In this document: positions 24,501 through 33,500 of the stretch, piece by piece
How positions within the stretch are numbered: position 1 is the stretch's first letter
Layout: the number at the start of each line of letters is the position of its first letter
DNA from: Perna viridis
Taxonomy: Eukaryota
Assembly (NCBI GenBank): GCA_037379345.1
Contig: CM074519.1
Location: 30,282,103 to 30,346,102, forward strand
Length of the DNA: 64,000 nucleotides
Reading direction: 5' to 3'
Position numbers and translations under genes: made by a program
Notes under the pieces: generated by a model
Database searches by the model: none
The model's input: the letters and a program-made list of their open reading frames with translations, nothing else
What the model was told of the DNA's origin: nothing

Positions 24501-27500
24501 GAGTACTAACTCCGTCACCAGATTCTCTTTTTTGGTTACATCCCACCAGCTTCACGAGTAAGGACGGATTACAGTGATATTCTACAGGGTTAAAAACAAT
24601 GAATCGTGTCTGGAAAGGAATAATGTAAAACTGTGAAATGAAAAAATACCTGTAGAATGAAGACGTATAGTAAATATAGATTTCATAGACTAATATTGAC
24701 CGCTTATTTCGTCTCGATAAAACATAGTTATATAGTTTTCCGCTTAACATTGTAACCGTGGTATCATTATATTTTGAATTTAAACATTTTCCATAAAAAC
24801 ACACATATTTTTAAGTATTTGATCATTTTTTAAATTTCAAATGACAACCGATCGAGTAGGCCTTGGAAAATCAGTTCATCATCGTAAGTAGAAAGTTCAC
24901 AATATAGGTGAAGTTTGTAATGTCCAAAATATATCCCTAATGTTATTATTACATGGACAAGAACAATATGCATGTACATAAGCGTCTTCAAAAACCGCAT
25001 TACACACCTTGTTGGTGTCTGGAGTACAGTAACTGTTGGAATTGTAGTTATCAGTTTCTTATAAAGTAAGAGTTCCGTATTTCACTGAACGATTTCGACT
25101 GTTTCCTAAAGGTTGCTATTGAGACTGTCCTGTGAAGTTGTTTGAAACGAATAAAGTCATTATCGGTTTCGATTCGGTTTGTTGATTATGAATTGCTCTG
25201 TTTACAATTAATCTCCATTTTTTTTGGTGGGAATAATCCTATATCAATATAGTCTACCAGGTATTCATTAAGGTTGTACAAACATAGAATGTTGAAGGGG
25301 CGGATCCAGGATTTTAGATGGGTGGGGGGAGCAAATTAAAATTTTCGCCGAGCGGAGGGAGGCGAAAAATTTTTTGAGGTTAAATTTTTGAAATATTCTT
25401 CTCGAGTTGGTGCAAAGTAGATATCTTTTGTGGTAAAATTAGCGAAAAATTTAAGTTTCAACCTAAATCCGCCTAAATCTACCTCTGACAACCCATGCTT
25501 TGCAAATTTTAGGGGGGGGGGAGAACGCCCGCCAAGCCCCCGCCTGAGTCTGCCCCTGTGTTGATGACATCCGGAATAACCCCGTACATTTGTCTTCCTG
25601 AGTATTCTTTTGTGATTGCAACTGATGATCGGATGCAGTCCAATGATACTTGCACACACATATCGATTTTTTTGTGGATATGTGTAAATCAAAATTTATT
25701 TAACAATAATTCTAATCATGAGATTCTTCATAGTTATAGCCGTTTTTGATTGGTCGAGAACGTCGTGGCCAGAAAGTTCATACATGCATGAATTTCGCCA
25801 GATCGTTCATACATGCATAATTCTAATCATGAGATTCTTCATGCTTATAGCCGTTTTTGATTGGTCGAGAACGACGTTGCCAGAAAGTTCATACATGCAT
25901 GAATTTCGCCAAATCGTTCATACAGGCATAATTCTAATCATGAGATTCTTCATGCTTATAGCCGTTTTTGATTGGTCGAGAACGTTGTTGCCAGAAAGTT
26001 CATACATGCATGAATTTCGCCAGATCGTTCATACAGGCATAATTCTAATCATGAGATTCTTCATGCTTATAGCCTTATTGCCAGAAAGTTCATATTGTTG
26101 TATTTCCTTAATAATTATATTCCTGTTGAATTGTTTACATCTCATATTTTTCAATGCCAACTATCACTTCGTTGATGCCGCCTTCACTGTCGTTGTGCAG
26201 CCTTTATAATGAAAAGCATTTTTTTCCCTTTCTTGCAAGCAGCTTCACTTCTCTTCTGTGATTTAAAAGGAAATTTAAGTTTTACACCGTATACTCGTCA
26301 ACCATTGAAATTATTTCGTCACCCATACGCCAAATAATATTGGAAACAAATATCGAGAGTACGTTGGGGTGAGATACAGGTAGTCGACACACATTATAGT
26401 AATACCGTATTGGTGTTATTTTATGGCCTGGGAACTAAACACATTGTTTTGGCTATCAAATCCAATCTATAACTAAATATACATAATACAGACTTAGACA
26501 TAAATGCACGTGTAGCATGCAAAGCAAACTCAGCCCACCTCTCACACTATCGGCTTATTTTAATGCATTACAATTATATATATTTAGCTAAAGAAGGTGA
26601 TGAACTTCCAATTTCCTTACTATGATTCTCATGTTACAAATTAAATCATTAATAATTTCCAAATATAAAAAACCTGACAAAACACTATCTTGTCTAACAC
26701 CCTCTAACACAGAAAATGAGGGTGATTGACATTGGTTTACAATCACAGAACTCTTTGTGTTAAGACGTAAATCATTAACAAGTGAGCTTACAATTTCAAC
26801 ATTAAACCCTTCCTCCATACAGTATCAAACGCCTTTTGGCTGTCTAAAAAAAAGCTACAAAGACTTTGCTATTAGATTCAAGATTGTGAAAAATAGTTTC
26901 ATGAAAGTTGAAGGAGGCGGTTAAGCAACTGAGATTCTTCTGAAATCCGTTTTTGTTGAGGATTCGAAAAAGCCTTCACCAATAGTTTAGGTTAGTCTAC
27001 TTTTAATCACATGTTCGAACACTTTCGATTTTCAAGGCAGACGTGTGATGGGCCTATAACGGAGCTTGGTTTATTGTTTCCTTTAAACAGTGGTACTAGT
27101 AAGCCGAATTTCCAATCGGACGTCACATGACCTTTTCTTACAATAAGATTGCACATGGACGTCAAAATTTCAATTAACAAATCACCTCCCTGTATTAAAT
27201 GTATCATAACCTTCGGCTTTCTTTCGTTTTAATGACTTAATGATATCACGAACCTCACTACATTCAATTTTACCTCCTGGAAGATCACCACTATTGGAAT
27301 TACAGTTAGTAATTATGTCTTCATAATGAGAACTGGCGTGCTGTTCCTTGTCTGTATCAAACGTATCATGTTCAGTATTGTTTAAGTTTGCAAAATATTC
27401 CATAAAGCCATTTGCAATCAAAATCGGATTGTTACACACTAAACCATTTTATATTATTCTTGAGTAAATTTCCGACATTTTTGGTTGAAAGTTTTTAACC

Positions 27501-30500
27501 ATTTTCCAGAATAAGCGTAAATCGCACTCCGTGGCTTTATTTGTTTGTAGATACTTTTGAAATGCATCCTGTTGTGTATTTCGAAATTCTCTCTTTGTTG
27601 TTTTATATTGCCTGTATGATTCATGTTTTATCCCCCTTGGTCGAACATTTTCAACCCACTTATTTTGCAGTGTTCGTTCTGTTTTTGTGAGCACACTTTA
27701 CCTCGTCAGACCAGTACAGTTAAGCATGCGGGTTAAATCCACACTGAGGAATACTCTTTGCGGAAGCATCGTGTAAGCTTTGTACAAGTTTTGTATCAAT
27801 GTTATCTAAATTGGAGTAATTTTCATCATTTGCTGATTTTTTTTAAGTAGCTGTCTTTGTAAGAATCATGCAAGATCTGAAAAATGTGATACACCCCAAA
27901 AAAGGCTACATATTTTTATTTTTGTAATTAAATTGTCCTATAGGTCTATACTATAAAATGTGTAACTGTTCATTCGAATCTGTCTGCTCTTAGGAGATAA
28001 TCGACATTGAAAATACAGTAGATTCTATTGTATTTGAGCGCCATTTACAGAGTTATCTCCCTTAATTTTGAAATCTACAGTGCATTCTATATAATTTTTA
28101 TCTCCTAAGAGCACGGGTTATATGAAAAAACCACGTTATTTTCTGTTTACTATGACATTTCAAACAAAATATCAAAAATAAAAATATATAGGCTTTTTAC
28201 CCATGAATCACATTACTACTACATAAATACATAAGTTTATTAACAATTACTGCGATACATCGCAATTCTCTTACAGCCCAGGGTAGCTGAATAAGGGGTT
28301 CCCTATTTTTACACCTCTCATATCCAGGGAACATATGAGAGTCAAATTACTCCCGTTTCTTAATGTTTCTTTCTGTACACTGAACAATCTAAATGTATTT
28401 CTTTGTACTATTATCCTACATTTAAAAATACTGAAATTGCTGTGTCTTGATACATTTTTATCTGCTGTGTGTAATTTTATACCAAGCCGGTAGTTTGTCA
28501 AATGAATTTATCACTACATGTTGAGTCAAGTCCGTTCTAAATCCGACTGCAATAGGAACGGATGTACTAGAAAATGAACCCTCTTCAAGGATTTCATAAG
28601 AGCTCAGTTGCTTAGTCACAACAGGACTAAACAGTACATAGTCAAGCATTACTTTTTCGTAAAAAAAAAAATGTAATCGCGACCTTTATGATTGACAGTA
28701 CCACCAGCATATGATAATTCAAATTTTGAAACAATTTGCTTTACTTTTCCTAACTTTTGCTAATTAGAGTGAACTAAATCTTTACTCAAACAAATGGCAT
28801 TGAGGTCTCCTGCTACAACTTTACAACCATACTTACAATAATTTGTATGCAAAATCATTAGCTTGACCATAAGATCAAATTAAAGGTCATATAACACCAT
28901 CTTTAATATTATGCTACACATCTTCATGAACTAGGCTGAAATAACCTCGTACCGAATACAGAAAGCTTACACCAAAGGACAAGTCGGGCACTAATTATAG
29001 CCCAAGCATATGTGTTATCTCATATAACTATTACTTATAAAGTATATTTTAGGTGAGGTTAATTTGTGAAAAAATCGCCTACGTTAAAAACCGCGCCGGA
29101 AACCAAGAAACTTACCGTCAAGACGGGATTGAGGTTAAATGTTGTGACAGTCTCTTGTCGCTGAAATACTTCTCCGAGTACATCACTTGACAATAAAGAA
29201 TTGTATGAACTCCAAAGAAGGCCATCGTTACTATATGTGATCCTGGAATTGTTAACAAAAAGAGATACAAAATGTTTATCAAAATTTTTAATCCTCAGTT
29301 TATTTCTAAAAGTCTGGCAGGGTATGACGTTAACATTTAATGAAACTTGTCCTACCGAGCTGATGAAAATTCAACTTATCCAAACTGAAATCTAGTTTGT
29401 CCTTTAGTAAACGATTGTTGAAAAATAAAATTTTGTTGTTCTCCTTGCAAGTATAATTTAGGTTTTAATTGTCCCCATGGTAGTTTCACTTGTCTCGGGC
29501 AACATGACAACCTTAAACATCACACCTTGTATGGAATATTTTTATACGGTCTTACATTTGTCACTTTTGTCACGTAGGATTGATTTGTTTATGGTAATCC
29601 CAATCATACTAAACTGTGTCGACATGACTATATATAAACTTATTAAAAACATTGGCTATCTTTTCTTTTTATTTAAACATCAGGTTTGCATGTAACAGTT
29701 GTTAAGTTTGTAATTTCCTTTACAATTCTCCAGCCTCAATTTTGCTAATTTATTTTTTTCATGATTTTTTTTTCTATCTTGATAGAAATGCATTATCTCG
29801 ATCTATTTATTGAATAGATGCAGGTGCCTTTCTGGGTAGACAATTTTGTTACTAGTCTAGTAATACCTGAATGATTCTGTTCGACAATAACTTTCAACAT
29901 CTTTTATTTCTATCGCAGTAATCTTCGTAACCGCTTTTAAATCAATTTGTAGATACTCAAAAATAGTTCTTTTTCCAGCAATCCAACCCTCTGAAATCAT
30001 GCATTAAGTGTAACTCAAATATTTGTAACAACAGAGCGAACAAACATTTCCCTACCGATGCACCTGGTCCATGCTCCCAGTTTTTAGTGGAGTCCGAGTT
30101 GCTCATTTACTTTTGTTTCTTTGTATGTATGATTTTAGTTACTTTATGTTCTTTGTTGTGTATGTCTGTTTTCCATGTCTGGTCTTTGTCCCTGGATTAC
30201 ATTCTTTTGATTACCGCTATAACCTTGGTTCCCTTGATTACTCTTTCGAATGGAAATATCAGGCCTTGGATCAAACTCCAATATAAAAGATACAATATCA
30301 CTACTTTCATCAAAAGAACTATGCCAAAGTCATTGAATTACACATACAATGACAATTTCAAGGGAAAAATGTAGTGTCAAATCATTCTAATAGAGAGGTC
30401 ATTTCTTTTTTAAACATGTACATGTAATACAAACCAGTGTCAGGGGTAGATCAAGACGCTTTGGAAAGGAAAGGAGCCAGACTGGGTACCTCAGACAAAA

Positions 30501-33500
30501 GAGGTGCTAAGACATTTTTTGACAATTTTTACACATGAAAATAACAAATTTTCAAACAAAAAGGGGGTGCTGACCCCCTGTACACTCTTGTGGTGTAGTA
30601 AGTTGGTTGCATGTCCAGGTGGGGTTTCTTAGAAAAATAGGGTGCTAGGTCATTATTTGTAATTTTTTGTTACTTTTACAGATGAAAATAACACATTTTC
30701 CAATAAAAATGGATTCCAACCCCCCTGTACACCCCTTTGAATCTGCCACTATAAGTGTAGTAAGTAGGTTGCATGATCCAGGCAAGAACAAAAATACATG
30801 TAACAAGTCTTGCAATTACTTATAACATGTATATAGATGTAGCAGCGGTTTATTGAATGATTGATTGATAAATTATCTTTATTTCCTCCACTTTATGAAG
30901 ATTTACAAAGTACGACACATAAAGTAATTTAACTACAACATATACATACTGCTCATGAAAAAACAAAAACATACTGAATATAGTGAATTGTGGTAGATTA
31001 CAAGTACCTATTGTCCAAAATTAAATTTGTTATGAAGTAAGACAACACGGAAATCATTGTACATTTTAAGCAAGTGACAAGCTATACAAAACATCATTTG
31101 CTTCCATGTATCTGAGTTAAGTTCGTTAACAAAGTCGGTAACGCCACCAAAGAGAGTAAGAACAAAATGTACCAATAAAAAGGGGTGCCAACCACCTGAA
31201 CACCCTCTAGGTCGGCCACTGACTGAAGTATGTAGGTTGCATGTCCAGGTGCGAACAAAAATACATGTAACAAGTCTTGCAATTACTTCTAACATGTATA
31301 TAACTAGCAGCGATTTATTGAATGTCCCCTGTGTAATGCATTTATTCGACAATTCACATGAGAAATAGATTAAGTACACCTGTACTTCCTCCCGCCATTT
31401 ACGTCAAAACACGAATATCAATCCGCCGATCACTAAATTTAACTTTTATGTTGAAAAAGCAAAAAATAAAAATTAGAAAACTATGTACATGTAATTGATT
31501 CGTCGTTGTAAAAAAGAAAATAATTAAATATAGTTGTTCATGCCAAGAACGCTCGAAAGTTTAATTCGTGCTCTCGTTAAATTTTGTCGTTCTTCGGCAC
31601 TCGTGGTCATATTTTGGTTATTCACTCCAAGGAGTTAAATATCCTTGTTCACTCTTTCCAGTTACATGTAGTTAGCCTATCATAAACTTTCTATTTCGGC
31701 CATTTGGTTCTATCCTTTAATGGTTATGCTACATTGTAGTATATTCATATATTACCAGTTAGAAAATATAGTTCTTCTGCACAAGCAGATCCGGATGGGG
31801 TGTCCGCCGCCTTACGTTATTAAATTCTGGTAGATTATATAGAAAGTTCCAGGAGCGGGTCTCCTTAAAGGCCATACACTCAGTGAAACACCCTTTTGAA
31901 ATGCAGTTACATTAATCGGACATCACACTTACAAAAGTGATAGATGGTTGACCGATGGAGATCGTCTTGTCTTAAAAAAGTTTTACGTCAATTAAAATGA
32001 ATTTACAAACCTCCATCTATTCTTCCGGCGCTGGCATTATGGGCATCACTTGTGTACGATGAGGCAGAGTACTGATGGTACTCAATATTGTCTGTCAATG
32101 TATCATTACAGGAACTAGCATCTGTAAATAAACATACTTACATATTATTGGAATAGCAACAAATCGAACACCAATCATAATCGAATCATCATTTATCCTG
32201 GATTTTCACTTTTCAAAATCTACGTTAGTTTTTTTACATTGATAATAAGTTAAAAATTAACATTTGGGTTTATGTTCAGATACTTTATTCATGGATGGGG
32301 TGGCAATTTTACACCTAATTTAAATTGGTAAAGTTCAAATATTTTGTTACTCGGGCTCATTTGAAAGCTAAGACATTATATAATTATATTTGAATATACA
32401 AAAGATTTTTTGAAGGTATTATATTCGAAAAAAAATTGTCCATTACAGGTGAAATGGAGGAAAATATGAAATTCCGAAAATTCCCTATTTTATGATAAAC
32501 TCATTATGATCATATTGAAACTGAAAAATACTCATCTGAAGTGAGAAGATATGTTGAATACATCTATAATTAAAAGACAAGTACCCAACATGTCTATTGT
32601 ACATCGTTTATATGCTAAAAATTAACATTTTAGTTCACGCTCAGTTCTTTTTTTTCATGGTTAGGGTTGGCAATTTTTCACCTAACTTGAAAAGTTCAAA
32701 TATTTATTACTTGGGCTCATTTGAAGCTTATACACTATATTAATGTACCATATCACACAAAAAAAATTGTTTCAACTGTGGTTTGTGAAAAAAATGACAA
32801 TAATGGGTGATATACCCATTTATTTTTTATTTTTTAGCAAATTTAACCACAAAAATAAAATATAATCGCCTGAGGTGATCAAATATGTTGGGTACATTAT
32901 TATCTTAATTATGATTGCCTAAAATATGAGTTCTACAGTGTCGGTATGCTGTGAATGAGAATTATGTTTGATATTGAGACCAGTTTTCTAGGGGTAGGTG
33001 TAATATTTTTAACATTATTTGAAAATTCGTTATTGAAAATTAGTTTTTCGTGGTTTATTTATGTAGAAAATTAAATTATCTATGGAATGACACCAAATTC
33101 GAGACGTTTTTGTGAGCATTTAATTGTAGAGTCTAACTTATGTGACTTTTTACGGAAAAAATCGAAAATCCCATTTTTTGCACATTTTGATACATTCTGA
33201 CTACAAACATCGCCGAAATTCATCAAAAGAACCCCAAAAGTATTAATTGTGTTAATACTAAACAGAAAATACCAAATTAGCAATTTTTTCCCTGAAGCAT
33301 AGTTACTCTAGGGGTTTTGACATTGAAAATAATGCCAATTTGGGCGATTTTTCGGTGGGATTGGGGTACATTTTTTTCATGTACCCTACCGGTGCACCTG
33401 GTCCATGCTCCCAGTTTTTAGTGGAGTCCGAGTTGCTCATTTACTTTTGTTACTTTGTATGTATGATTTTAGTTACTTTATGTTCTTTGTTGTGTATGTC

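Noticed and set aside
25718-26209. 163-aa repetitive membrane-like protein ORF
   Set aside because: Open only because the 111-bp unit is a multiple of 3; it lies antisense within an intron and has no other support.
30071-30374. Recurrent MLPVFSGVRVAH... and ...ESELLIYFC... ORFs (also at 8.3, 33.4, 44.4 and 49.8 kb)
   Set aside because: They are translations of the T-rich non-coding 3' UTR of the Penelope-like family.
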